Shown: positions 29,060 to 36,667 of the stretch, in pieces | How positions within the stretch are numbered: position 1 is the stretch's first letter | How the letters are laid out: every line of letters starts with the position of its first letter | DNA from: a virus | Lineage: Duplodnaviria > Caudoviricetes | Length of the DNA: 64,000 nucleotides | IMG/VR virus record: IMGVR_UViG_3300025723_000013 | Reading direction: 5' to 3' (one strand) | The notes under the pieces: model-generated | Database searches by the model: none | The model's input: only the letters and a program-made list of their open reading frames with translations | What the model was told of the DNA's origin: nothing | Made by a program: the position numbers and the translations under genes

Positions 29060-29785
29060 ATGCGAATACATGAATTATTTGAAGCAGCTCCTCCTTTATG
29101 GAGCATTGAACGCACAACCAAAAAACCCGGAAAGATCAAGCGATATCCATCTTTGGATCAAAGCCCCACAGCTCGTAAAGGACAGGGATTCCACGCTATT
29201 GTTAGGCACAGCAGGAAAAATCCTCATGTGGTGGTGAGACAAGAAAGAGAGTTTGGCGACAAAACAAGAAATGCCTATCTCCAATGGGCCAACACCGCGG
29301 AACGGCTTATGTCAAGCAATCCTTACTTGCCCAGGATCTATAAAATCGAACGAGAAGTGGATCCAGAAAATGCCGATTTCACACGCCATCGTTATGAATT
29401 GGAAAAATTGATCCATCCACAACTGATTGGTAAAAAATTCCCCAAAGAATTGATGTATCAACTAGGAGATCAAATGATCACTAATTGGCCGCACAATTTA
29501 CGCAAACAGATACAACTACACAAATTGCAACACAAAACTCTTACCAACGAACAAATATGGAACATCATAATCTACATCATTGGCGATGCAATATACCACG
29601 GCCAGTGGAGGCGCTTGCGTGATCCATTGCTGAGACAAGCGGCCAAACTCACTGTACAGGCACAAATCAACACTAGAGGACAATGGGGATTTGAAAACCC
29701 TGAACTGGACCTTTATGGCTACAATGTGATGGCACGCCTAACCGCGGCAGGACCACAAGTGGTCATCACTGATCCAATAGGTTAA
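29060..29785 (+). CDS. Atypical protein-kinase-fold protein with MRIHELFEA leader
   Basis: GQGFHAIV loop, YLPRIY, YELEKL, DLYGYNVM, VITDP; ATAAATA box at 29049-29055. Confidence 0.55.
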   Translation: MRIHELFEAAPPLWSIERTTKKPGKIKRYPSLDQSPTARKGQGFHAIVRHSRKNPHVVVRQEREFGDKTRNAYLQWANTAERLMSSNPYLPRIYKIEREVDPENADFTRHRYELEKLIHPQLIGKKFPKELMYQLGDQMITNWPHNLRKQIQLHKLQHKTLTNEQIWNIIIYIIGDAIYHGQWRRLRDPLLRQAAKLTVQAQINTRGQWGFENPELDLYGYNVMARLTAAGPQVVITDPIG

Positions 29786-30513
29786 AGTCCTGTGACCTTG
29801 CAGGCTCTGATCTTTCTTCGAGACGATGGCAGAACTCTGGCAGCTCGATTGGCCACCGCACGCCCTTCGGCCAGTTGACTGGCATTGATCTGAGACCATC
29901 CACCAGATTGACCCGGCACATTGACCGGAAACTGACTGAGATATCCACCTTCCAGCATGGCCGGAACTGGACCGGGCAAATGCCCGCAAAAATCCCATTT
30001 GTCAGTCTTGATCGAGCGCTGAAAATAGGCCGGCAGCACAAAGTTTGACACCTGAACACCGTTGATCTCATATCCAAACTGATCGTCTTCCACAGCATCG
30101 CACATTTCAAACGCAAACAAATAACCGCTTTGGGGTGAAGTTTGCACGAAGGTGGTAAGGTTAATATCAGGATCTGCCAGCAGTTCCAGCAGTTCATGAC
30201 TCAGTGTGATGGACCAACTGGATTGACAGTCTAGGTCAGTTTTGGCAAACACTTTGCCCATGGGCATGCCAACCGGATTGAGGTCATGATACCCCAGTGC
30301 TCCCTGTGTGTCGCTGTTGTCCAACAGCAACAACATCCAGGTGTTGGCATCGGGTGTTTGACCTTTGGGTACAAAAATCAATTCGGCATCTATGCCCCAA
30401 GCTGGAGCAAAATCTCTAGTGACCTGTATCTGTAAGGCATCAACCACAGGCTTGACATCACTGTCTTGTAACACCGAACACTGATTAACGATTGAAACGC
30501 GAATATCGGACAT
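29782..30513 (-). CDS. Putative zinc metallopeptidase
   Basis: ALGYH, SHELLE (HExxE) and EMCD motifs; AAGGAG SD. Confidence 0.5.
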   Translation of the reverse strand: MSDIRVSIVNQCSVLQDSDVKPVVDALQIQVTRDFAPAWGIDAELIFVPKGQTPDANTWMLLLLDNSDTQGALGYHDLNPVGMPMGKVFAKTDLDCQSSWSITLSHELLELLADPDINLTTFVQTSPQSGYLFAFEMCDAVEDDQFGYEINGVQVSNFVLPAYFQRSIKTDKWDFCGHLPGPVPAMLEGGYLSQFPVNVPGQSGGWSQINASQLAEGRAVANRAARVLPSSRRKIRACKVTGL

Positions 30514-30580
30514 GTTTGACTCCTTGTATAAAAGTATTTATTGTGACTGCCAAATACCGCTGCGTCACATAAATATCTAT

Positions 30581-30718
30581 ATGCAAATAGATTTCCATCA
30601 TGTATTGATCATTGCATTGCTGGTATTCAGTGTTCCCCTAGTTGTGATAGGCGTGATTGAATTACTGGGCTGTGTAAAGATGTTTGATAGAGAAAAACTT
30701 AAAAAAACCCCGCTGTAA
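30581..30718 (+). CDS. Small membrane protein
   Basis: 45 aa, one TM segment; ATAAATA-N5-ATG. Confidence 0.6.
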   Translation: MQIDFHHVLIIALLVFSVPLVVIGVIELLGCVKMFDREKLKKTPL

Positions 30719-30721
30719 CTA

Positions 30722-30750
30722 TTGACGCAATGCGCGTGTTCATGTAACAT
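30722..30750 (+). promoter_or_regulatory. sigma70-type promoter
   Basis: TTGACG-N17-TAACAT, directly after a variant of the CCCCGCTG motif. Confidence 0.55.
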
Positions 30751-30789
30751 GCTGTTCTTGATTTAACAGACAGAGGTTTAAACACAGCT

Positions 30790-30942
30790 ATGCGTAAATT
30801 TACAGCCCGTATCTACACTCCTGACAACTCCTGGAATCGTTATTTTGATGTGGTCATTGATGCCATTGACTATTGGGATGCAAGAACACGTCTCGAGGCA
30901 CAGTATCCAAATTTGGAATTTCGTGGGCTGTGTGAGTGCTAG
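30790..30942 (+). CDS. Small hypothetical protein MRKFTARIYTP...
   Basis: 50 aa, GAGG SD, downstream of promoter; below ORF-track cutoff. Confidence 0.65.
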   Translation: MRKFTARIYTPDNSWNRYFDVVIDAIDYWDARTRLEAQYPNLEFRGLCEC

Positions 30943-31002
30943 GCACACGCAGTAGTGGTGAAATTGAGATAAACAAAATCTTTTGTTTCGGTCATGCGGG
31001 TT

Positions 31003-31017
31003 CAAATACCCCGCTGT
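31003..31017 (+). repeat. Dispersed motif CAAATACCCCGCTGT (first exact copy)
   Basis: Exact 13-mer core also at 41521, 41964, 46164, 48165, 48702, 49226, 51128. Confidence 0.9.
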
Positions 31018-31082
31018 GTGAGACTTGCAAGGATAAGTAATTGTGTAGTCCAAACGGGCTATCCATAAAAAGGAGACGAATC

Positions 31083-31199
31083 ATGTTTAGTTTTGATTTT
31101 TTAACAGGTCTAGTGGTAGGAGCCGTGGTGGTAGTGCTGGTACCGGCTGCTTTTTCCTGGGTGGCCAAGCAGGTCACCAGCGTGAAAAAGAACCTATAG
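31083..31199 (+). CDS. 38-aa single-TM peptide MFSFDFLTGLVVGAVVVVLVPAAFSWVAKQVTSVKKNL
   Basis: AAGGAG SD, hydrophobic helix with basic tail. Confidence 0.7.
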   Translation: MFSFDFLTGLVVGAVVVVLVPAAFSWVAKQVTSVKKNL

Positions 31200-31239
31200 T
31201 ACACATTGACAGCAAACCCTGAACCAAAAGTGAAGTGAG

Positions 31240-31475
31240 CTCTAGGCCGTGTATCCTGATTGAGCAACGGCTCAACTCACCTAATGGGGAGGTATAACCT
31301 CTAGTGTTGATGGTGATCCATTGGATCTACCGGAGCTGAGCACATGATGATAGGATCATGTGTTACTCGTGCGACTAGGTTAACTGTGTGCTTGAATCAG
31401 CAAGACTGGACACGGATTATCCGTAAAAATCACAGAGGGGTACAGATGCGGGGCACCAGCACAATCTGTAACTGA
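31240..31475 (+). ncRNA. Candidate structured non-coding RNA of unknown class
   Basis: At least seven stems in ~235 nt of non-coding DNA, followed by a terminator; see findings. Confidence 0.55.
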
Positions 31476-31477
31476 AC

Positions 31478-31502
31478 AAGCAGGGGAGACCCTGCTTTTT
31501 CT
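31478..31502 (+). terminator. Intrinsic terminator
   Basis: AAGCAGGG-GAGA-CCCTGCTT followed by T-run. Confidence 0.85.
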
Positions 31503-31589
31503 TGACCTAATACCCCGCTGTGTGACATTGACATTGTGTGCGCTGATGCTATAATTGCCAGCATGACCATTAGCACCAAGGAGTATCGA

Positions 31590-31790
31590 ATGTTTACCCG
31601 TTTTGAAAAAATCATATTGGCAGGCGGCGTGGCCTTTTTTGTCCTATTGTCCTTGTGGGTTTGGTATGAACTGACCGTGACCATTCCTCAATCGCAGGCA
31701 CGCTGCCAGGCCCGCGGCGGAAACTGGGTTCGCCTGCAGCATCGAGATGTGTGCCTGGCCTCGGCTGTGTTGATTGACTTGGATCGCTAG
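31590..31790 (+). CDS. Small membrane-anchored protein
   Basis: TM segment then C..RGG.W....C; own TTGACA/TATAAT promoter (31528-31555) and AAGGAG SD. Confidence 0.7.
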   Translation: MFTRFEKIILAGGVAFFVLLSLWVWYELTVTIPQSQARCQARGGNWVRLQHRDVCLASAVLIDLDR

Positions 31791-31949
31791 ATCATGCTGC
31801 TAGGTATCAGCATCTGTTTGTTTTTGTTCACACATCATTGGTTCATAGCCCTGCTGCTGTTGTTGTGGCACATTGAACGCAGTTTTTGACCGTTGACAGT
31901 GACTGTGCATGTGCTATAATGCAGTCATAGTTAGAACAAGGAGCACTAC

Positions 31950-32246
31950 ATGAATATGCGAGCACTGGGTACTTGTCCTGTTTGTGATGGCACTGGTCGC
32001 ATGGCCGCTGGCAATCGCCAGTACAAGATGGTGATCTATGGATATGATGCCAAAACCGATACCTTGGGCTGCAATAACTGTGGCGGCCAATACATGGACG
32101 CCCGACCCACAGGTCAGGTGCCGCTGAATCATGAGGGCCAACCATGCCGCCATGTGTACAAGGGCGTGCCAGGCCGTTGGCGCTGCACCACAGACTATGT
32201 GTGCCAGCACTGCCATGATACCTACATGATTGATTCGGGCGATTGA
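31950..32246 (+). CDS. Cys-rich putative Zn-finger protein
   Basis: CPVCDGTG, CNNCGG, CQHC; own promoter and AAGGAG SD. Confidence 0.75.
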   Translation: MNMRALGTCPVCDGTGRMAAGNRQYKMVIYGYDAKTDTLGCNNCGGQYMDARPTGQVPLNHEGQPCRHVYKGVPGRWRCTTDYVCQHCHDTYMIDSGD

Positions 32247-32247
32247 C

Positions 32248-32436
32248 ATGAGAGAAACCAAGGATCAGCTGCGGCAGCAGTTGGCTCAATTGCAGGAGCA
32301 GAATCAAGAACTGCGGCAGCAGTTGGAGATCAAACAGCAGCAGATCGCTGAACTGCGGGAGTTTCTCAAACCGGCCAAACTCAAAGAGTTCTTTGAGGAT
32401 TCTGATTATAGATACCTGTTCAAGGGCGGCATTTGA
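32248..32436 (+). CDS. Small coiled-coil protein
   Basis: Q/L/E heptads, start just after upstream stop. Confidence 0.6.
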   Translation: MRETKDQLRQQLAQLQEQNQELRQQLEIKQQQIAELREFLKPAKLKEFFEDSDYRYLFKGGI

Positions 32437-32485
32437 CCATGACTCAAAACCTGTTATAATGCCTACTCACTGACAAGGAGCACAC

Positions 32486-32653
32486 ATGTATAAAGTGACT
32501 GTTTACAAAAAGGACCGACGTTGCAAGTCCGGATATCGAAAGGTTGCAGTGATTCCTTACCCTAACGCCTCGGGCAACTCCATGATGGACGAGTGCAAGT
32601 ATCTGCGCCAAACCACTTACAAACCCGAGGACGGTTATAAAATAGACTGGTAG
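32486..32653 (+). CDS. Small basic protein MYKVTVYKKDRRCKSGYR...
   Basis: 55 aa, promoter and AAGGAG SD; below ORF-track cutoff. Confidence 0.7.
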   Translation: MYKVTVYKKDRRCKSGYRKVAVIPYPNASGNSMMDECKYLRQTTYKPEDGYKIDW

Positions 32654-32718
32654 ATTTTGAGAGTGACATTGCCTCAAAACCTGCTATACTACACACACAC
32701 TTACAGCTAGGAGCAGAA

Positions 32719-33363
32719 ATGTTTAACACCAAGGCAGCAGCGGATGAGTTTGTTGGCGGGTTGAGCAACACCTCCAAGATGCCGGGCAAGAGTTTTGGAC
32801 TGAGTGCCACTCGCTGCCAAGTGGGTTCCAAACTGCGGTCGGTGGCTGGTAGTACCTGCCATAAATGCTATGCCATGAAAGGCGCCTACACATGGGAGAG
32901 CACAGTCGGCGCACATGATCGTCGACACCTACAGCTGATGCAGGCACTGACCGATACCCTAACACGTGACTCATGGATCGCTGCCATGGTACGCTTGCTC
33001 AAGGGCGAAACATATTTTCGCTGGCACGACAGCGGCGACTTGCAGAGCGAACAGCATCTGGAAATGATCGCAGAAGTGGCACGTCAGACTCCAGAGGTCA
33101 AGCACTGGATACCCACTCGTGAATACAGTTATGTGCGTAAATTCCTTATGAAGAACAGTCGTCCTCGCAATCTTGTGATACGGCTCAGCGCACAGATGAT
33201 TGATCAACCGCCAGCCACAGGCTTTGAACACACATCAACAGTTCACAAACAGGGTCAAGCCCACGGACGTGAATGCCCATCTCGTTTCCAGAACAACGAA
33301 TGCCAAGATTGCCGAGACTGTTGGGATGATACAGTGGACAATGTCAGCTATTTCGCTCACTAA
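32719..33363 (+). CDS. Gp88-like protein (Cys-rich, radical-SAM-like fold)
   Basis: SKMPGKSFGL...CQVGSKL...CHKCYA...YFRWHDSGD...HWIPTRE...CQDCRDCWD. Confidence 0.8.
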   Translation: MFNTKAAADEFVGGLSNTSKMPGKSFGLSATRCQVGSKLRSVAGSTCHKCYAMKGAYTWESTVGAHDRRHLQLMQALTDTLTRDSWIAAMVRLLKGETYFRWHDSGDLQSEQHLEMIAEVARQTPEVKHWIPTREYSYVRKFLMKNSRPRNLVIRLSAQMIDQPPATGFEHTSTVHKQGQAHGRECPSRFQNNECQDCRDCWDDTVDNVSYFAH

Positions 33364-33375
33364 TTGGAGGATCAC

Positions 33376-33573
33376 ATGGCCTACAAGATCTTTAAACTGC
33401 ACGGATCATATGGACCTCGCAAGGGCCTAGAAGGTCCGTTTGAATATTTCAACGGCAGGGTGCTGTACTATGATGTCAAGGAAGGCCGCTATTGGGATCC
33501 AAGGACTGATTTCTATCTGGACGATGAAGAAATTGCCAGTCTACACAACGGTCTGATCAATTTGCTCAAGTGA
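33376..33573 (+). CDS. Conserved small phage protein
   Basis: GLEGPF...VLYYDVKEGRYWDPRTDFYL; GGAGG SD. Confidence 0.75.
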   Translation: MAYKIFKLHGSYGPRKGLEGPFEYFNGRVLYYDVKEGRYWDPRTDFYLDDEEIASLHNGLINLLK

Positions 33574-33630
33574 GATTGACAATGCGTTGACATGTGCTAA
33601 AATCGTGGCACACTGAATAGGAGCTATCGC

Positions 33631-34059
33631 ATGAAAGAAAGAATTTTTAACATGGCCTTGGAGGCACAGACAAAATCACATGGACAGGAACCGTGGAGTT
33701 TCACAGACAGTGAGCTGGTGAATTTTGCAGTGCTGGTACGGCAGGACCTGATTAAAAATCTCTTGTTGAAAACACCCGATGTCTACTCCAACAGGTATTT
33801 TGACACCATCAAAGATACGCCTGAACCCAAATCTGCGATCACACGCATAGATCAGTTGATCCAACAGGTGAGCACTGACATCAGCGGCAAATGGATCAGC
33901 CGCGATTCAGTTCGAACTCTAGCCCAGTTGATTGTTAGGGAATGTGCCAAAATTGGAGAAGATTATGGTGATGACGGACTTTCATCTGACCCTGAAGGTA
34001 ATAGATATCCCTTGAATGCGGGCATAGCAATTAGGAAACATTTAGGAGTTGAAGAATGA
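33631..34059 (+). CDS. RI.EL..FAQLIV.EC..FGVE family protein (tandem two-unit form)
   Basis: LAQLIVRECAKI...IRKHLGVEE; promoter at 33575. Confidence 0.75.
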   Translation: MKERIFNMALEAQTKSHGQEPWSFTDSELVNFAVLVRQDLIKNLLLKTPDVYSNRYFDTIKDTPEPKSAITRIDQLIQQVSTDISGKWISRDSVRTLAQLIVRECAKIGEDYGDDGLSSDPEGNRYPLNAGIAIRKHLGVEE

Positions 34060-34202
34060 CAGACTATGAATTAGCAGAAACATTGAAAACTGCTGCCAAG
34101 AGTGCGAGAGATAACATTGCTCTTGAAATGCTGTTGTTGATGGCGGCAGAACGAATCGAACAGTTGAGTGTGGTGCAAACTCCGGGAAACTATAATGAAT
34201 GA
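34056..34202 (+). CDS. Small hypothetical protein MTDYELAE...
   Basis: 48 aa, ATGA overlap with upstream gene. Confidence 0.6.
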   Translation: MTDYELAETLKTAAKSARDNIALEMLLLMAAERIEQLSVVQTPGNYNE

Positions 34203-34428
34203 TCGAATTCGTGAACTATATGTAAAATCGATGGAGTCAACTGGCGTAGAAGGTCTAGGCGGCTCTTATCAGGAATTAAACCCTGTAAAGTTCGCCCAGT
34301 TGATTGCAAAAGATTGTGCCGATATCTGCCTTGAGATGGCAGCAAAGTGTGCTGGAATTCCTGGTGATGGTGCACTAGCAAAAGATTGTGCTTATTGGAT
34401 TAAAAAAGATTTCGGAGTTGAAGAATGA
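34195..34428 (+). CDS. MNDRIREL...FGVEE family protein
   Basis: Family N-, mid- and C-terminal blocks. Confidence 0.75.
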   Translation: MNDRIRELYVKSMESTGVEGLGGSYQELNPVKFAQLIAKDCADICLEMAAKCAGIPGDGALAKDCAYWIKKDFGVEE

Positions 34429-34769
34429 GTTTAGATGTAAATTTAATGGTTACCCAACCCGTATCGGTTTATAGTGAGAATATTACGCATAACCTTGGAG
34501 CAATGGCAAGGGAAGTAAAATTGTCAAACGGCATGACATTGTATGATGTATTGTGGCGTCCCGATGAACAAGAAGGGTTGAAGTTTGCTAAAGATATTTC
34601 AGAATTGCTAGATGAGGGCTGGAATATTCTATTATCAGACCCTGAGCATTACAAAAAGTTTAAGCCAGCTGGCGGCTGGGGAAGTTATGAAGGACTCTTA
34701 TTGTTTGTATACGAGTATAGAAACGCATGTTGGGATAATCCTGATGCAGAATTGAGAGTGTCAAGATGA
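34425..34769 (+). CDS. Conserved hypothetical phage protein
   Basis: MSLDV...NITHNLGAMA...LWRP...GWGSY; ATGA overlaps at both ends. Confidence 0.75.
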   Translation: MSLDVNLMVTQPVSVYSENITHNLGAMAREVKLSNGMTLYDVLWRPDEQEGLKFAKDISELLDEGWNILLSDPEHYKKFKPAGGWGSYEGLLLFVYEYRNACWDNPDAELRVSR

Positions 34770-35041
34770 ACGAACGAATTCGAGAACTTGCTGAACAAGC
34801 AGTCAAAGATGTTGATGTTGTCCACGAGGATAATCCCTTCAACGAAGAATTGGCTAAGATGTATATTCCGAATCTCTTTATTGAACGATTCGCCAAATTG
34901 ATTGTGTGGGAGTGTTTGAGTGAACTGCAAATCAGCAAGCGATGTGACCCATATACGGGTGAAATTTATATCAACGAATATAATCAAGCAATTGACGACC
35001 AAATAAAGATGTTAGCAGGACATTTTGGAGTTGAACAATGA
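34766..35041 (+). CDS. MNERIREL...HFGVEQ family protein
   Basis: Family blocks; 5' DNA near-identical to 50106. Confidence 0.75.
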   Translation: MNERIRELAEQAVKDVDVVHEDNPFNEELAKMYIPNLFIERFAKLIVWECLSELQISKRCDPYTGEIYINEYNQAIDDQIKMLAGHFGVEQ

Positions 35042-35280
35042 ACAAATATGATTTAAATATACATCAAAACCCAGACGCTATGGCTTGGACCAAGTTTTTC
35101 AGGGAAACTCATCCATCCTGTAACATAGATGATGATGTAATGCTTGGATGGTTCGCCAATGCTATGATGGCAATGCATGATTTTTTAATCTATAAAGACG
35201 CTCCGTTAAATGGAGATCATGCAGAATTTATGTTAACTCAGGAAAATGTGCTTTCCCGCATTAAGAGGATTGAAGAATGA
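35038..35280 (+). CDS. Hypothetical protein
   Basis: DAMAWTKFF...MLGWFANAM; ATGA overlaps. Confidence 0.7.
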   Translation: MNKYDLNIHQNPDAMAWTKFFRETHPSCNIDDDVMLGWFANAMMAMHDFLIYKDAPLNGDHAEFMLTQENVLSRIKRIEE

Positions 35281-35471
35281 GGTATTGGTTCTATAGAACA
35301 CTGATGCGATTAGCACATCGTTTCAATTGGCACCACATGAAACCTTGCTATCCAGATGGAGACACTATGCTTTGGTGTCATTGGTGTGGAATTAGGGTTG
35401 TAATAAAACAATCAAACAAAACTTTGGAGTTGAAGAATGATAATGCACCTTCACAATTGACGAACAAATAG
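35277..35471 (+). CDS. Small hypothetical protein (WHHM...CHWCG); 3' part carries out-of-frame FGVEE remnant
   Basis: 64 aa ORF; alternative frame reads IKQNFGVEE* at 35411-35440. Confidence 0.55.
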   Translation: MRYWFYRTLMRLAHRFNWHHMKPCYPDGDTMLWCHWCGIRVVIKQSNKTLELKNDNAPSQLTNK

Positions 35472-35502
35472 CCATGTTAAAAGAGCTTTTTGGAGTTGAA
35501 AA

Positions 35503-35871
35503 ATGATTAACACCATCAAAGAACTGCTGGGCCACACCTTGATCAATGTAGAGGTAAACTCAGACGGCAACGAAATCTTGTTCACCCGCGAGGATGGAAT
35601 TCGATACCGTATGTATCACAGGCAGGACTGCTGTGAGGATGTGGCCATTGAAGATGTATGTGGTGACTGGCATGATCTCATAGGCAGCCCTTTGTTAGAA
35701 GCCGAAGAAGCCACCAGTGACGATATGCTGAACTGGTTGGAACACATCACTTGGACATTCTACAAATTCGCCACCATCAAGGGCAGTGTGACCATTCGCT
35801 GGCATGGTATCAGTAACGGTTATTACAGCCAGCGGGTGGATTTTGAGTGCTTGGACGAAGTTGAATGTTGA
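35503..35871 (+). CDS. Conserved hypothetical phage protein
   Basis: MYHRQDCCEDVAIEDVCGD...WTFYKFATIKGSVTIRWHG.SNGYYS. Confidence 0.8.
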   Translation: MINTIKELLGHTLINVEVNSDGNEILFTREDGIRYRMYHRQDCCEDVAIEDVCGDWHDLIGSPLLEAEEATSDDMLNWLEHITWTFYKFATIKGSVTIRWHGISNGYYSQRVDFECLDEVEC

Positions 35872-36086
35872 ACAACATCTTAAAATGGCTTGCTACCAAG
35901 ACTCTGATCATAGGCACGTTGATCAACAGCCTGGGCTATTATCCCCTAGGACCCTTGATTCTGCTGGCCGGTGGGCTGATGTGGCTGATTGTGGCCATAC
36001 GCTGGAGAGAAGCTTCCCTCATAGTGACCAACGGCGTCATGGCTGCGATCAGCACGGCTGGACTGATCTATCACTATTATCATTGA
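35865..36086 (+). CDS. Small multi-TM membrane protein
   Basis: 73 aa, three hydrophobic segments. Confidence 0.7.
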   Translation: MLNNILKWLATKTLIIGTLINSLGYYPLGPLILLAGGLMWLIVAIRWREASLIVTNGVMAAISTAGLIYHYYH

Positions 36087-36139
36087 CTGCTGTGTTTGAT
36101 CTGCTATAATACTCACATACTAGAGCGGAGACGAACACT

Positions 36140-36373
36140 ATGAATTGGAACTTGGAAGGTTTGATTGTGCGTGGTCGCTATCTTGGACAGCATCCGGTGC
36201 AGGGTCACGTGGTGTTGTCACGCACCAAGTACGGAAGTGGCATTGATCATCATGTGGTGTTGGATCATCCACTGGATCTTTTTGGCAGCTGCCGCGATCG
36301 AGTGGTGCTAGCCCATCATCACGTGGATCAGGTGTTGCAGAATCACTCCAAGGAGTGGGTACGTCATGGATAA
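36140..36373 (+). CDS. Hypothetical protein
   Basis: 77 aa, GGAG SD after TATAAT. Confidence 0.7.
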   Translation: MNWNLEGLIVRGRYLGQHPVQGHVVLSRTKYGSGIDHHVVLDHPLDLFGSCRDRVVLAHHHVDQVLQNHSKEWVRHG

Positions 36374-36569
36374 AGATCAACAAATCAAACAGCTTCGCGA
36401 ATCACAAATGGTGCTGTATCTCGAAAATGCCACACTCAAAAGCCGTTGCCACGAGATGGAAGAGCGTATCGCTCACTTGGCCCAGGCCTTGGATATTGCC
36501 ATCCAAGCACTAGAAACTGCCAAGGCCACTTTTGAACAGGCCTTGCAGGCCGCTGATCAATCTAGATAA
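36366..36569 (+). CDS. Small coiled-coil protein
   Basis: 67 aa, AAGGAG SD. Confidence 0.7.
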   Translation: MDKDQQIKQLRESQMVLYLENATLKSRCHEMEERIAHLAQALDIAIQALETAKATFEQALQAADQSR

Positions 36570-36660
36570 AAGCTCACTTTAAACGTTCTGGTAGCGAATC
36601 AGTCAGTTAAGCCAGCAGCCGGCTACATAACCTTATAACGGTCCTAAGGCATGTTCTTTG
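36568..36660 (+). ncRNA. Candidate ncRNA mimicking 23S rRNA helix 69-71
   Basis: GGTAGCGAA 36590-36598, CAGCAGCCG 36613-36621, TATAACGGTCCTAAGG 36634-36649 between convergent genes. Confidence 0.55.
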
Positions 36661-36667
36661 ATGTTTG

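Noticed and set aside
30996-31014. T-arm-like GCGGG-TTCAAAT-ACCCCGC suggesting tRNA/tmRNA
   Set aside because: Stem register wrong for a 7-nt T-loop, no acceptor stem or CCA; it is a copy of the dispersed motif
31240-31475. tmRNA, RNase P or 6S identity for the structured region
   Set aside because: No tRNA-like ends, no GAGGAAAGTCC-type RNase P signature, multi-hairpin rather than rod-like
36630-36655. Twister ribozyme (GGTCCTAAG loop)
   Set aside because: Lacks the closing P4 strand (CCG/CCC after TAAG) and T1 partner; better explained by 23S similarity
36568-36660. rRNA gene fragment or intact I-CeuI site
   Set aside because: Blocks are permuted and interrupted; flanks are phage genes; full TAACTATAACGGTCCTAAGGTAGCGAA site absent
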